Source: Rhynchobatus australiae
Taxonomy: Eukaryota
NCBI GenBank assembly: GCA_034780895.1
Contig: JAUZTB010000048.1
Span: 24,717,063-24,780,255 of the forward strand
DNA length: 63,193 bases
Direction of reading: 5' to 3'
This document shows positions 23,741 to 37,463 of this stretch, in pieces. How positions within the stretch are numbered: the first letter of the stretch is position 1; every line of letters begins with the position of its first letter. Position numbers and translations under genes: made by a program. The notes beneath the pieces were generated by a model. The model did not search any database. It was not told the origin of the DNA and saw only the letters and a list, made by a program, of their open reading frames with translations.

Positions 23741-25219
23741 ATCTTAATATGTTATCTCTTGAGAATATTTGATCCTCAGTTATGACTTTAAAGCCATTAT
23801 ACATAGATTTTCTTGAAGTTACATAAAGAAAAATTACTAGTCTCCTAATAGGAACAAAATAGCTGGTGCTTTTGAAATCTGATAAATANNNNNNNNTGCA
23901 TATTTCAAGATATTCTCTGCACAACTGAACTTCAGATTTGAAAACTGTCAAAAATCTGCTCTTGGAGGTTGTTTTAAACAGTAAGTATTGTGCACTGCAA
24001 AAATAATGTTGTTTTCACCGTTCATTAAACATCTGAAATCCATTACCAGTGAACTGAGATATTTTAGCATTGAGAACCTAGTGGTGGCAATCCCATTGCT
24101 TTCAGCAACAAACAACATAACATCCTCCTAAAGGCTACATGTAGCTTCAAGCAAAACAATCCATCCATCTACATTGTCTTCACAGAGGAACAGCTGCAAC
24201 AGGTTAGTGATATTTATGTGATTTTGTGAAATGCTGGATCAACACAAAAAGTAAATCGCCTTTGAATTTTTGACAGATGTTTCCAGGAATGGTCAAAGTA
24301 AATCTTTCGCTAAAAGTGTTAAAAAAAGAGAAAGGAAGGAATTTGGCTGTTGCATTCCCTCTCTCCTGGTACTGCAGCACATTCACAAATCACACTTCAA
24401 CTTGGCAAACAACCATATAGAATTTGCTCTTGCTTGCCAGTTATTTCATGGGAAATCTATAACTGCCATCTTTTCACCAGAATACAAAGAACACCCTTTG
24501 CTTAATCTGCTCCCTAAAGTATATCATGAAGGAAAATTATTTTTGATTTAAATTCTAAAGAATTAACTTTCCCTAACCCTTATTCCCCCTTTTCCTCTCT
24601 CCCCTTCTGCCTTCTCCTCCACCTCCCATAATCTTGCACAACCATGGATAGTTCTTAAAAATATTCCAGAGAGGTTTATGAAATATTTCAGCTCTGGTTT
24701 GATTTGCTTAATGCTACTAAAGGAGTTAAATAAATAAAAAGGTTGCATAATGCTTAATCATGTTCAAGGTTTTTAGCCATGCTGCAAAGAGATGACTTGA
24801 CATCTTTTTGGATTCACAGTTAGCTTCTTGTGCTTTGATAGATTTGTTTGACCAAATTTTTCTGGAATACTCCCAGTCTGCCAAAGACCTTTGATTAACA
24901 GTTGCCCAACAGTTGCACCACTAACATTTCAGCACCTACTCAGAACTGCACTGGTCAAACTTTCTTTAAGTCCTGCTGCGAGACTCGAATCCAGAAACTT
25001 CTGACCTGAGACCAACCAACTTAACTCATATCATGCCAGAGTTCTCCTCAATTCCTGATCCAATCAGACCAGCATTTGAAACCCCTATAGAACCCTCTTG
25101 ACCATGAATATCATGGGNNNNNNNNNNNNNNNNNNNNNNNNNNNNNNNNNNATAAGAAAGTTCCAACTTTTCAATTAAATTCTTTGTTTAATTGAGTCCA
25201 AAAAATATAGTTTAGCCAA

Positions 25220-25420
25220 AAAACAGACAAGTCCTGTAAATATAAAGGTCAGGCAGCATCAATGGAGAGGAAAAGAGAGTTAATGTTTCAGGTCCAAGAC
25301 TCCTCTTCAGAACATTAACTTTAACAGCTTCACTCTCCACAGATATTGCCCAGTTTGCTGAGTACTTACAGCACTTGTTTCATTTCAGTTTTCCAGAATC
25401 TGTTGTATTTTGTTCTTGAA
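25220..25420. repeat. Palindromic (head-to-head) Penelope-terminus-derived repeat
   Basis: Left arm ggtcaggcagcatcaatggagaggaaaagagagttaatgtt pairs imperfectly with right arm aacattaac...ctctccacagatattgcccagtttgctgagt. Confidence 0.65.
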
Positions 25421-27209
25421 CACAATTCTGAGATTCTAGGAATTCATCAGAATTCTCTGCTTCCAGTGATTTTCAATAGTTCTGATGACGACAATACCCA
25501 AGACTAAGTTTTGTAAGCAGTAACAGATCCCAACAGAGGCAAAAGGATAATTTAACAGTGACAGGATTTAAATTGGTGGAGAAAAGGGATAATCAAAAAC
25601 GTACATTTACCATCGGCTTTTGCTCCACTTAAGTTTGACTAATAGGACCCCACAGTCTAGAAATGCCCTTGCCACTGTGAAAAATTGCTGTTGTAAACAG
25701 GCTTAGCCCATGGTAAAGCAACATTACCATTTCCAGACTTCTTAACGCTTGGAAGGAAATTCAATCCCTGATTTTCTAGAGTAAAACTCCCCTAAAATAA
25801 TTTCAGCAACTGTGCTATAACCAAAATTCATCTCTTTTCAACCTAAATAGCTTAAAAAGACAACAGGTTTTATTTTCTATCAGACTTGCATTACAAGCTG
25901 CACTCTTCTAGCTAATGGGCATTAATGTAGCTTCAAGAATGGACTCTAACATTATGGGAGGTGAATGGGAGGGTGCTTTTAGGGGATCAGTGGCAATCAG
26001 TGAAGAGCTGTACCTGCATGAATCCTTGGCAATCTCCTGCTGAAAATGCCTGACCATATACCTGGAGGATCTCTGTGGATTAGCAGCTTATCCTGATCCT
26101 TATGAACCCCAAGATCACTTTCCAACCCTCATGCCATCATTTGATCACAACACTCTCCAGTAGCTGGAAGAGAGCTGCATGGCTGGTGCTCCTGGAGGTT
26201 GCAACTGCAAGTCTAAGCAGCATAGATCGAAACTGACCCAGCATAGTATTGCACATGGAAACCCAGCACTGCTGTACTGAAAACCATGCAATTAAAAACT
26301 GCAATCTTTATGGGCTTTTGAAAACAGCATCAGTGCACAATGCTGTTTTAATGCTATTAAAAATGCATAAAACAATTTCCAGGCCCCCTAAGTTCAATTC
26401 ATAAACTAGATTCCAAATTTGTTTCCATCAGAAGTCACCTACCTTCCTGAGCCACAAATTTACTCAACTTAGTAACCAATTCTTCCCAAAAGATAGATAC
26501 CCATTTCAATCACAATCTCACCCTTCCTTTCTTTCACCTAAACTTATTTGATTCAGTACATTCTTTTAATGTGCATGCTCTATCACTTCATTCCTCTAAT
26601 TACTGGATTATCCCCAGAATATGAAATATCTTGCTCTTCATTTGCATAATATTCTATTTTAAAAAATGCTTACAACAGCCATTTATATTTCCAACATTAT
26701 CTGTGACGAAACTAATTAGCAAACATCTTTTTTTTTGCAATAGTAATTCTTCTTGTTACATCCACACCATTGTAATGTCTGCTTTCAAAGTGAATCGTTT
26801 TGCACCTGCAAATATAGAAGCACCTCCCCAATGCACAAATTTTAGGACCGGAGTCCTATCAGTCCATTGCGCATTGCCTGTTCTCTGAAAGTGTATGCCC
26901 CTTAAGCAAAGCAGAGTACACATTTTTCTTATTTCAGTCTTTAATACTCAAACCCTAAGACACTTGGAGAATGAACCAAACCCCTTTAACATGTACCTGC
27001 CTAGAAGCCAGACTTCACTTAATTTTGGCATGCTACATCATTGTTGTGTTCAGCGTTAGCACCATATTGGATCTCACTGAGAAAGGTAAAGAAAATGATA
27101 AAAGGTTTGAAACAGTGCTGGAGTGGTTGAATTCAAGAAACAAATGCTTAAGCAGTACCCATTCCTGAAAATGTTACAGACCAACAACTAAATACCAGAA
27201 GACAAATAA

Positions 27210-27330
27210 TACCACAGTTACTGGAACCTGAAACAAAATCAGAAATGCTGGAAGAACTCAGTCAGTCAAGCAGCAACTGTGGAAGAGAAACCAGTTAATA
27301 TTTCAGGTCAGCAACCTGCCTCAGAACAAC
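27210..27330. mobile_element. Penelope-like element terminal fragment
   Basis: ctggaacctgaaacaaaatcagaaatgctggaagaactcagtcagtcaagcagcaactgtggaagagaaaccagttaatatttcaggtc. Confidence 0.65.
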
Positions 27331-28412
27331 TAATCATTGTTGCTAACAAGAGTAAACAAACATTCAGCATATTCTGGTTGAGGCATTATTCCATATAATA
27401 CAGGAAAAAAAGGCTTATTACACGCATAGAAACGACTTCCATTGTCATTGTTATTTCCTGCTATATATGCCTTTTGTTTGTTAAAAAAAAATAAAAGAAC
27501 ATATAGGAACATTTCTTGAGGAGGGAAGAGAGTTCTTTACTCCCACACAGTTTATTTAGAAAGTTAATCAACTCCACTCTGCTATCCATTAACTGGAGCC
27601 ACAAATTATATCCCTGGCTGGCTGCTTGCAAGTCCCCATCATATCAGCTCATACAGCTCTCCTGCTGACGAATGCTGGAAGCCGGTCAGTGACGACTCAT
27701 TGAAGCACACAGACTGGCTTATTCCTGGTTTCTGACTGTGACGCTCCAAGGCCTGTCTGACACGTCAATTCCCATTAAAGTGAATGAACCTGCTTTAGGA
27801 CGTGGAGTGGTCATTGCGGAGTGGGTCATGGGGAAAGAGAAAATTAGCTATTGGTCTCCATAGAAAGCAATAATATAACCATAAATATGTTGGATATTTT
27901 CCACAAAATGAAATGTTTTTGTTTAGAAGGAAGAACAGAGAGTACCTTGGTGAGCAGAAATATCTCCCTGTAATTAGATTTCCTTTATATAGTCCCTTTG
28001 CTATCAACAATAAAGTAATAACAAAGCACTGAAAGGGATTTTAGATTGTTATAAAACATATGGAAACAAAAGAACAAAAACAATTCCTGCAGATGGCACA
28101 TGACAGGCATAATCCCATAAGACATGAACTAATTTTTCAGAATGCATTGTGAAATTACATCTCAGTGAGATGAAGTAATGTTAAGCCGTAACATTGCCTT
28201 TCAGAGGCCTCTTCATTAACAGTTCACTATTCAGTCAGCAACAGCTGTATTACTGGAGATCCAAAATATAAGCATTAAATTTTAAAAACATTAAAAGAAA
28301 CATGTATGGGAANNNNNNNNNNNNNNNNNNNNNNNNNNNNNNNNNNNNNNNNNNNNNNNNNNNNNNNNNNNNNNNNNNNNNNNNNNNNNNNNNNNNNNNN
28401 NNNNNNNNNNNN

Positions 28413-28835
28413 ATGCCTTATGAAAGCAGGTTGAGGGAACTCGGCCTTTTCTCCTTGGAGTGACAGAGGATGAGAGGTGACCTGATAGAGGTATATGAGA
28501 TGATAAGAGGCATTGATCATGTGGATAGAGGCTTTTTCCTAGGGCTGAAATGGTGGCCACAAGAGGAGAGGTTTAAGGTACTGGGGAGCAGGTACAGAGG
28601 AGATGTCAGGGGTCAGTTTTTTTTACTCAGAGAGTGGTGAGTGATTGGAATGGGCTGCCAGCAATGATGGTGGAGGTGGATACGATAGGGTCGTTTAAGA
28701 GACTTTTGGATAGGTACGTGGAGCTTAGAAAAGGGCCATGGGTAAGCCTAGTAATTTCTAAGGTAGGGACATGTTCAGCACAACTTTGTGGGCCAAAGAG
28801 CCTGTATTGTGCTATAGGTTTTCTATGTTTCTTAC
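28413..28835 (+). mobile_element. CR1 LINE 3' end
   Basis: aggatgagaggtgacctgatagaggtatatgagatgataagaggcattgat (RMRGDLIEVYEMIRGID), VVSDWNGLP, and tail gggccaaagagcctgtattgtgctataggttttctatgtttc. Confidence 0.9.
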
Positions 28836-29459
28836 TTGAATCAGGTGCTAATGGCGTGATGCTGGGAGATATTGCCAAATAGGGCCTGGCTCCCCAACTC
28901 AAGGTCAAGTGGAGACAAATAGATGTGCTGGGTTCAGGTTAGGTGTACATTCTAATGGATATCTTAGGATTCACGTGCAAACATAGCTCTGGTCTTTATC
29001 CACATCATGATTTGCTTCACATTACCAGCATATGAATAGCATGGTTAAGATTGTGATATGTACTATGATGGTCATATCAAGTTTGGGGGAAAAAAATGCA
29101 TAAGTACTTGGGCTCAGGTTGGGTTTGGATTTGCTGTGGTCAGGCCAGGTTTTAATTTTATACCCAAGTACACCACCACAGTCTCAATTCAAGAAAAGTG
29201 AAAAGGGAGAGAAAAGGGAGTATTCTGGATAAAACTCTGGACTGCTATTGGTTCTGTTCCCTGTCATCTCTTCAGAGTTCTAAACTGTTTGCAAGCAGTT
29301 TTCACACACAAAAATACAAATACCTTTCAAGTCATGGGTCAACCCCACTCAGTACGTTCCACAACACCAAACAAATACATGATTACAAGTCATGAAGTCC
29401 AGATGGATTCCACATTTAGTCTCAGCATGAGTTCTTAGCCAAAAATCATACATTCATAT

Positions 29460-29840
29460 TGAATAATGAGACAGGAGGAGGCCTTTCAGTCCACCAATCC
29501 TATGTTGGCTCTCAGTCATTTACTATGAGTAACTTACAGTAGCCTATTAACCCAAGAACCAGTGTATCTTGGGGAAGCAAGAAGAAACTGGAGCACCAGG
29601 GGAAAGCATGCATAGACTTTTACACAGAGAATGGCTGATAGCTGGAACTTGCTGCAGAGGAGGTGGCAGTGGAATCCGATACAACTACTCCATTGAGCCA
29701 TTTGGACATGCACTTAAATAGGCAAGGCACAGAAGGAGATGGACCTAATGTGGGCAACTGGGATTAGTATAGATGGGCAAAAAGGTTGGCCTGGACATTG
29801 TGGGCTGAAGGGCCTGTTTCTGTACTGTACAACTCTATGA
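29460..29840. mobile_element. V-SINE remnant (minus) abutting a CR1 3' end (plus)
   Basis: 29460-29640 carries gcctattaaccca...gaagaaactggagcaccagggg. 29640-29840 carries gaggaggtggcagtggaatccgatac...gggctgaagggcctgtttctgtactgtacaactctatgac. Confidence 0.65.
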
Positions 29841-32800
29841 CACTACCTGTGCTCCTCTACAATCTAATTGAGCAGCTTTCCACATTATCCCTGGGCAAGT
29901 TGGAATAAAAAAAAATGCAGTTGATCTAATATGGTTCATAGCATAACTTGGTGGACTGGCATCAGAAACAAAGTCTACAATCTTCCAGACGGCAGATATA
30001 TTCCCTGACAGATTAGGCCAAAACTTGCTAGTTGAGACATGACGATCAGCCAACTGAGCAAGCTATCAAAAGGTAGCTGATACAGGACTAACTGGTGACA
30101 AGTACTGAGAAGATGGAGGGAAATTGGAGAGAAGAACAAAAAACGTCACAATTAAAGAAGCAATCCATGGTGACCACTGAAGTATGTGCCCCCAATCCAA
30201 AGAATTTCCTTTAATCATACAGCCTTAAGAACTTTTCTACATTAAACAGAATTCTGACATTCTTGCTTGCAACTCCTTCTATAAATGTTGGTGTTGCTTC
30301 TTAATGCATTTAGCAACCTGATGGAGCAGAAATGTAATTTGTCATGTCAATTTTAACAGTTCACACGTCATTTAACATCATATTAGTCATTAGAATGTAG
30401 CTCAGATTATTGCAGCACTGACCTTCGAATAACATACAAAATGAGCTTATTATCGTTGGTCTGGTTGAAAGATTACAAAGAAGGCCAAATACTTGAGCTG
30501 CAAGATCGCATTGCAATGCCGTGTTACTGTAATAATGAAATTCACAACATCTCTTCCAGACAGAGATCATTCAGAGCAATACAGAAAAAGCTATTGTCAA
30601 CCCAAAGCACATAATTCATCCCTTTTTTATAAAAAAATTCTCCATCCAAAGTGAGCTGTAAAATAACACAGTGCAAAGGCTTAAAATACTCTATCCGTCA
30701 CTAGAAGGAAGAGTCGATACTGTCTGCAGCATATTATATCACTCATGCCAAATAACTTTGTCTTATTTTAACATGGTCATTAGTCATCTCATTCTAGAGT
30801 GAATGTGGAATTACATAGGATAAACAGAACAATAATGGTCCACAGCTGCATTATGTTGCTCTCAAGCCTCTTCTATTCCTGACTTCCCTCATGTTTGTCA
30901 GCATAATCCTTTATTCCCTCTCCCACACACACACTATACTGGATGGACATTCAGTAAACAGTTAAATAGAAAAAGTGATAATAGCAGGGAGGAAAGAGAC
31001 AAAGAAAAAAATGTGATGTAGACACCATTATCAACCGAAAACTTAAAAAGTAGGCTTGGTGTCAGACATCCCAAAGTGTAGATGAGACCATGAACATCAG
31101 CAGGCAGGATGGTGAGGTAGTTCCATGGAGCTCGTATGGAACGTTTTAAAAGGAAAACTTGGGCTGAGGAAGAAGTTCTGTTCCTCCAACATGTCCATCA
31201 ACCACCCTTGAGCCTCTGTTGATAAAAGGTCAGAGGTCTGCAAATAAAAGAAGAGCCATCAGATCAGCTAACTTCCCAAGAGGAAGCTTGGTTTTCCACT
31301 TATATTAGCTATCATGCTCAATCCAAAGGCAAAATTAATGCCTGGATTATGCAATGCTCCACTTAAGAGAACTTTGGAGAATACCAAATTTTAATTAGTG
31401 GAAAGATATCAATTCACTAATTTATACAAGATACTACCAGGCTTTTTCCTTTTTAAAAACGGGAATTCACTTCCATTTTGGAGTCTTCATGGATGCCAAA
31501 ATAGCGGGTGTTGAGGGGGTTTGGAGGGAATGAGCCAAAACCCAAATGATTACAGAATCAAAGAGTGACAGAATGGTTATAGGACAGAAAGAGTCCATTG
31601 AGTCTGTACTGGTTCTATGTAGTCATTCTCACTCTGCCCTCGTCCCATAGCTCTACAAATTCTTTGCCTTTTTTGAAAGCTCCCTTTGAAAGCTACAATT
31701 CATTGTAACTGAAAAGACACATTTCTTTATCAAGGCACAATATTGTTTAAAACATTATTCAAGTTAGCAAAAGTTTTATAAGCCGCAATATTTGGCAGCA
31801 AGGCAACTTGGTCAATAATAAACAAAGACCCTTTTTTGCTTTGCAACAGATACTTCAGCAGTGAGCATGGCATGCTTATGATTTATAAACAAAGTTTCCA
31901 TTTCCCTTTATTTTTTAATAAACAAGATATAATCACTTTTACATTTTCTCAACAGTAATAAAAAAAACAGAATGTCATGGTGAGTTAGAGAAGAAAAACG
32001 GTTTTACATTTTCAAAGGTATACTGTACTATTTTGTAACATTATGCAGCAGTACTCTTTCCATTTTTAATGTGAAATGTCAGAATGGTGTGGTGTTTTAT
32101 TATTTTTAATGTAACGGTTAGGGTCATGCAAGAAATATGAATTTTTACTGCTGAATTAACATGCAAATCAGGGCTTTTGAATATTTGTAAGGGAAAATGT
32201 CTCCTTATGTAAATAAAACCAAAAATATGGGCACATGGCAACCATTCTGCATTAACATTTGATAAGTTTTAATAATATTAACAGGGCTAAAGCCTACAGA
32301 GAGTAGAGCAGTGTAGAGTACATTTGTCCTCATCAATGGTACAGATGAGATCTGTGTGTCAGTGCCTGCGGTGCAAAATCCCTTTCCATCATTCTCAACC
32401 TTCTTGCAGCCTTGGACAAGGTTGACCATGCCATCCTCCTTCACCGTCACTTTTCCACTGTCCAGCTGTGAGGGACTGACCTCTCCTGGTATATTTGTAA
32501 CCAATCATCTTTTAGAAAGGCACAAATTAATCAAGGACGCCCAGCACAATGCTAAGGGAACATTGTGTACAATTAACAATTGGATTTGTTTTGTGAGGAA
32601 ACATGGGGGAAATCACTAAAAATTGTGCCTCTCTGGTGTTGCCTGCATGGGTTTCAGCCAGACATTTACTAACGTCTCACATGACAGACTGAGCTAAAAC
32701 TTAAACATGGAATCCCAGTGAAATGGCAATCCAGCGATTATTATCCTTCTTCAAAATACCCCACTGGTCCCCCTACAACCCATTCCCTAATCTTCTTAAA

Positions 32801-33351
32801 TTTCTAATTCCAAGATCTCAACGCTCTTCCCTACTACTTTACTAATTTTTCAAATAAACTTTGAACTTAAAATAAAGTGAAACCGCTGGCATTGGTTAAA
32901 GATTCAGAGTGCAAATTACACATGAGGAAGGAAGGAAGGAAGGAAAGAAAGAATATTGATTGGTTGTTTTTATTCTCAGCAATACTTCCATTCCTCTGAG
33001 GTTTAATTGTTATCTGTTTCATTGGGAATACAAACCACAGACTTGATACACAGTTGTCTTTAGAGTTGGAAATGCTTTGAGAATTCTGAAGATTCCTTTC
33101 ATTATTGATTTACCAATTACAAGATGTTCCTGACAGGAAGAAACTTGACAATGCTGAATGTCTATCTAGCAATATATTAATTCAAGCCTAGAAGTCAAAC
33201 CAAAAGACTATGGAAATTACAACTAAGTAGTCAAAGTCAGAGATCTCATGGTCAATTGACATTTACAAAAAGCCACTGAGGTTGTAATGTATGCATCCAC
33301 AGAAACAAAACAGGACAAAAGTGAGCAGCATTTTTTATCTAATTAAGCTAC

Positions 33352-33761
33352 TGTAGTGGCTAGCTACACTGAATAAAGAGACGAGACACTTGTTTGGAGT
33401 TCAAGAGTCGAATGAACGACTGGGGTGCGCTGCCCCTTTAATAAACACAGTTCCTGTGCTGTTGTCACGTGCAGGTCATGTGACCTTCCTGTGTGTGGGC
33501 TCCACTAGCCCGACAAAGGAGGAGTGCCCCGCACCATCTTGTGTCGGGGCCTCCGACGTTGCTCGCGATCGTGGGAGCCGGTTCGTGAAAGGTAAGTCGC
33601 CACATAACCTCCTCCCCCAGAACCGGCGATACCGTCGCGAAAACCAGGAGTAAATAAACTATGACTTGGATGGCCTGCCCCTGCGTCGTGCCGGCTGGAC
33701 CACTACTGGTTGGTCCAGGTCTAAATGAGCCGGCTTCAGCCGGTCAATTGTAAAAAACTCC
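33352..33761 (-). mobile_element. 3' end of a Gypsy LTR retrotransposon: integrase C-terminus, polypurine tract and 3' LTR
   Basis: Minus strand reads EFFTIDRLKPAHLDLDQPVVVQPARRRGRPSKS* (Gypsy integrase xxDRLKPA motif), then PPT ctgggggaggagg (~33620-33608), then a 253-bp LTR TGTGGCG...CACTACA (33604-33352). CpG-rich. Confidence 0.9.
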
Positions 33762-34824
33762 NNNNNNNNNNNNNNNNNNNNNNNNNNNNNNNNNNNNNNN
33801 NNNNNNNNNNNNNNNNNNNNNNNNNNNNNNNNNNNNNNNNNNNNNNNNNNNNNNNNNNNNNNNNNNNNNNNNNNNNNNNNNNNNNNNNNNNNNNNNNNNN
33901 NNNNNNNNNNNNNNNNNNNNNNNNNNNNNNNNNNNNNNNNNNNNNNNNNNNNNNNNNNNNNNNNNNNNNNNNNNNNNNNNNNNNNNNNNNNNNNNNNNNN
34001 NNNNNNNNNNNNNNNNNNNNNNNNNNNNNNNNNNNNNNNNNNNNNNNNNNNNNNNNNNNNNNNNNNNNNNNNNNNNNNNNNNNNNNNNNNNNNNNNNNNN
34101 NNNNNNNNNNNNNNNNNNNNNNNNNNNNNNNNNNNNNNNNNNNNNNNNNNNNNNNNNNNNNNNNNNNNNNNNNNNNNNNNNNNNNNNNNNNNNNNNNNNN
34201 NNNNNNNNNNNNNNNNNNNNNNNNNNNNNNNNNNNNNNNNNNNNNNNNNNNNNNNNNNNNNNNNNNNNNNNNNNNNNNNNNNNNNNNNNNNNNNNNNNNN
34301 NNNNNNNNNNNNNNNNNNNNNNNNNNNNNNNNNCATTCTGAATTTGGCACTGAGGAAGCCCATATAGTGGAAATCCAAACAGCCAAAACATGCAGCAGTT
34401 GTGGGGCAGCCAAGGAAAGTTATATTAAATTCTGAAAAGCCACGACTGGGAGGGTCCTTTCCCAGGATCCTTGGGATATTCTGCCACCAACCTGTCCTCC
34501 TTTTCTCCTAAGCATCATCCACTTAGTAAATCCCCCTCCCCTCACAACACTTTTCTTCCATTGATCAATCCCATAAGTTCCCACATGGGGTCAAGATCCA
34601 TCCAATTTCCTGTTCTCCCTGCCATTATTCCTTTGGGAAGATGATAGAATTAAAAGAATTAAATTAGGTTCTATCTTATTTCCTCCAAGTAGTTGCCCAC
34701 CAATCAACAAACCTTTGAGATAATATTGTACAGAGATATAATTCCTTTGGCAAGGGAAGCCAGAACAAGAGGGAAACTCTTAATTAGAGCATTAGAGACT
34801 TAGTTCGAACACCTTCCCCTACCC

Positions 34825-34827
<3 letters not shown>

Positions 34828-34858
<31 letters not shown>
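34828..34858. repeat. (CA)n microsatellite
   Basis: Direct reading. Confidence 0.95.
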
Positions 34859-34860
<2 letters not shown>

Positions 34861-35249
34861 GACAAATGTATCAATTAAAATTTAATATTGAACCTACCAT
34901 ATTTTTTGTTAGTTAAGGATATCAAAGGAAATGGTTCAACAGTGGTAAAATAAACCACTTACTTTACTACCTGATCTACTTGAATGGCAAAAGAATAATT
35001 TTTCTTTTTCCTATACTATTGTAAGATTTAAAGAATAAAGCCTTTCCCTTCTTCAAACAGACCAAAATTCTGCCTCACTCACAAAACCATAGATTTCACA
35101 ACTGGCAAATACAACAAGTGATTAATAAATTATTGATTAATTTTGCAGAATCAAGGCCGATGATGTTTCAGATTGGTAAAATAAGCCAACCTGAGCAAGT
35201 GTATTCTGGAGAAATGAGAGAGATTCTTTTTGAAAGTAAATATTAAGGG

Positions 35250-35630
35250 ATCACCCATGGTTAAGTTACATGATTCGTATCCAAAGGTGTGAACTAATGA
35301 TCCAGAAACATGTGTTTGAATCCCAACTCGACAGCTGGGGAATTTATATTCAACTAATTAAAAAAGTCAGGAACAAAAAGTTATTGTTAAGCCTTGAACT
35401 GCTGTTTGTCATAAAAACTTATCAGGTTGATGGATTTTCTTCAGGGAAGGAAATAAGCCGTCCTTAACCAGGATGGCCTATATATGACTTCAGACCTACC
35501 AAGGTCATTGATTGTTAACTGCCCCCTGAAATGACCTAATAAGTCACTCAGTTTAGAACACAATTAGGGATGGATAATATGTGCTGGTCTTACTAACAGA
35601 AGTCTACATATTCTTGATGAAGGAATAAAA
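35250..35630 (+). mobile_element. tRNA-like SINE sharing its 3' tail with a LINE family
   Basis: Head atggttaagttac...actaatgatccagaaacatgtgtttgaatccca, core cagggaaggaaataagccgtccttaaccagg, tail caattagggatgg...tgctggtctt...gaataaaa. Confidence 0.65.
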
Positions 35631-36315
35631 CTGGACATTATACAGAAAGCTACTGGCATTCAAATTTAAATTTTCAATTTACCGATTAAGTAGTTATAAT
35701 TTATTTGTGTAAAGCATATCACTTGACTTATTCTTTTCAAAATAAAAACTCCATCCTAAACATTCCTCCTCTTCGTTAGGCACTCTTTTGCTGTTGTTCG
35801 ATCCCAGGCATAAAATTAATTTCTGGAGCTGCATCCTTATTTCTCTGCTGGTTTTCAAGCTCAACTATGATCTCCATCTGCAGTGCCAAGACCATTGAGA
35901 TTATATCCTTTGCTCAACAGGCTACGTTTCAATTTGTGGCTTCTTCACATGGACTCATTTTCTACTCCTTTACTGCCGATATTCTCCATTTTGCTGCTAT
36001 CTGCCTGCCATGTATGGCTGCCGATTCTTTACGATTCTCATCCATTCTCCTGAACAGTTCCAATCTGCTTCATGAGAATGGATTGTATTGGTCCTTCATG
36101 CTCATGCCCCTTGATATTCTGTACTTCCTCCTTGAACTAGGCNNNNNNNNNNNNNNNNNNNNNNNNNNNNNNNNNNNNNNNNNNNNNNNNNNNNNNNNNN
36201 NNNNNNNNNNNNNNNNNNNNNNNNNNNNNNNNNNNNNNNNNNNNNNNNNNNNNNNNNNNNNNNNNNNNNNNNNNNNNNNNNNNNNNNNNNNNNNNNNNNN
36301 NNNNNNNNNNNNNNN

Positions 36316-36713
36316 CAGCCCACTTGACTGGCACCCCATTCCTCATCCAGAACATTTGTTCCCTCCAACACAATTACATTTTCCCTCCACTTACAAAATG
36401 CACTGTAGGTACTCACTTACACTACTACTACAGCACTCCTCAAACCCCACCCATAGCACCAGGAAGGACAAGGGCAGCACTGGTGCCTGGGAAGACCACC
36501 AGCTGAAGATTCCCCTCCATGTGGCATGCCATCCTTACTGGGAACTGTATTGACATCCTTTCATCATCCCTGGGTCTAATCCTGTAACAGCCCAAGAAGC
36601 ACTTTCACTGGAGAGACTCCAATAGTTCAAGAAGGCTGCTCATTGGCACCTTCCCACAGAAAATTAGGAATGAACAATAAATGCAGATCTAGCCTGAATG
36701 CCTACATCCCCCC
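36316..36713 (+). mobile_element. Old LINE 3' fragment interrupted by an LTR
   Basis: cagcccacttgactggcacccca...cacttacaaaatgcactg...gttcaagaaggctgctcattggcaccttc...caataaatgc...cctacatccc. The tail resumes as aaaaattaataaa after 37467. Confidence 0.65.
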
Positions 36714-37463
36714 CATTATGGACAGGTTACTATTTGGTGAATGTCTCTTTAAGACATAGTACAGTAGTGTGTGAGGTGTTATTATGACAACAACAGGAGA
36801 TAACGACATGCTGATGTTTTGGTTCAGTCAGAGTCAGAGAGAAGGAGAGAGAGAGAGAGAGAGAGAGAAAAAGAGTGAGAGATTGAGAGGGAGCGAGAGA
36901 GCACGAGTGCCTGCTGGCCTCTGTATTGATGGATGAAAAACAGTAATTGTGTCTGTCACTACAATCCATGTACAGATTTTTGCATTAATCCAGTGGAGTC
37001 CACTTTGTCATTAACCTGTAGAAGGAAACAAGTATTTGTATGGATGGCCACGTCTCGAATGCCTTTTGGGGCAGCAGATACTTCGGAATAAAGCAGTGGA
37101 GATCATCAGTGATGGAGATGTCGTATGGCTTCCATCATGGAACATCTAGATTTCGCAATTTCTCTCTATTCTCTTTCTACATTTTCTCTTCAGTCAGCAG
37201 TGGTTTCGCAAAAGCCTTTGCTCACATTTCACCTTATGGCTTGCTGAACTGAACTTTGACAACTATTCCTGGACTTGGAGTTTGGGAATTTGCCACGTGC
37301 ACACACTTCAGGTTTAGTTTTTGGGGTTAATGTTTAATATCTAACATTTTTACTTCTAACATTTTTACTTTTTTTTCCTTATTATCATAAGTAGTTATTA
37401 ATAAAATAGATTCTTACACTTATACATGACTCGGTGTGTTTCTTTTGTTGCTGATACGTAACA
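36714..37463 (+). mobile_element. Solo LTR (about 750 bp) with internal (GA)n
   Basis: Begins cattatggacaggttac (compare TGTTATGGACTAGGTTAC in the sister copy), ends aataaaa...gatacgtaaCA, and is flanked by cccc/cccc (4-bp TSD). Homologous to 58268-58958 in inverted orientation. Confidence 0.8.

Noticed and set aside
31090-31255. Strong minus-strand acceptor (tcttcttttatttgcag) as the missing exon 2
   Set aside because: No LRR pattern in any frame, a stop within 13 codons in the gene's phase, and no convincing donor.
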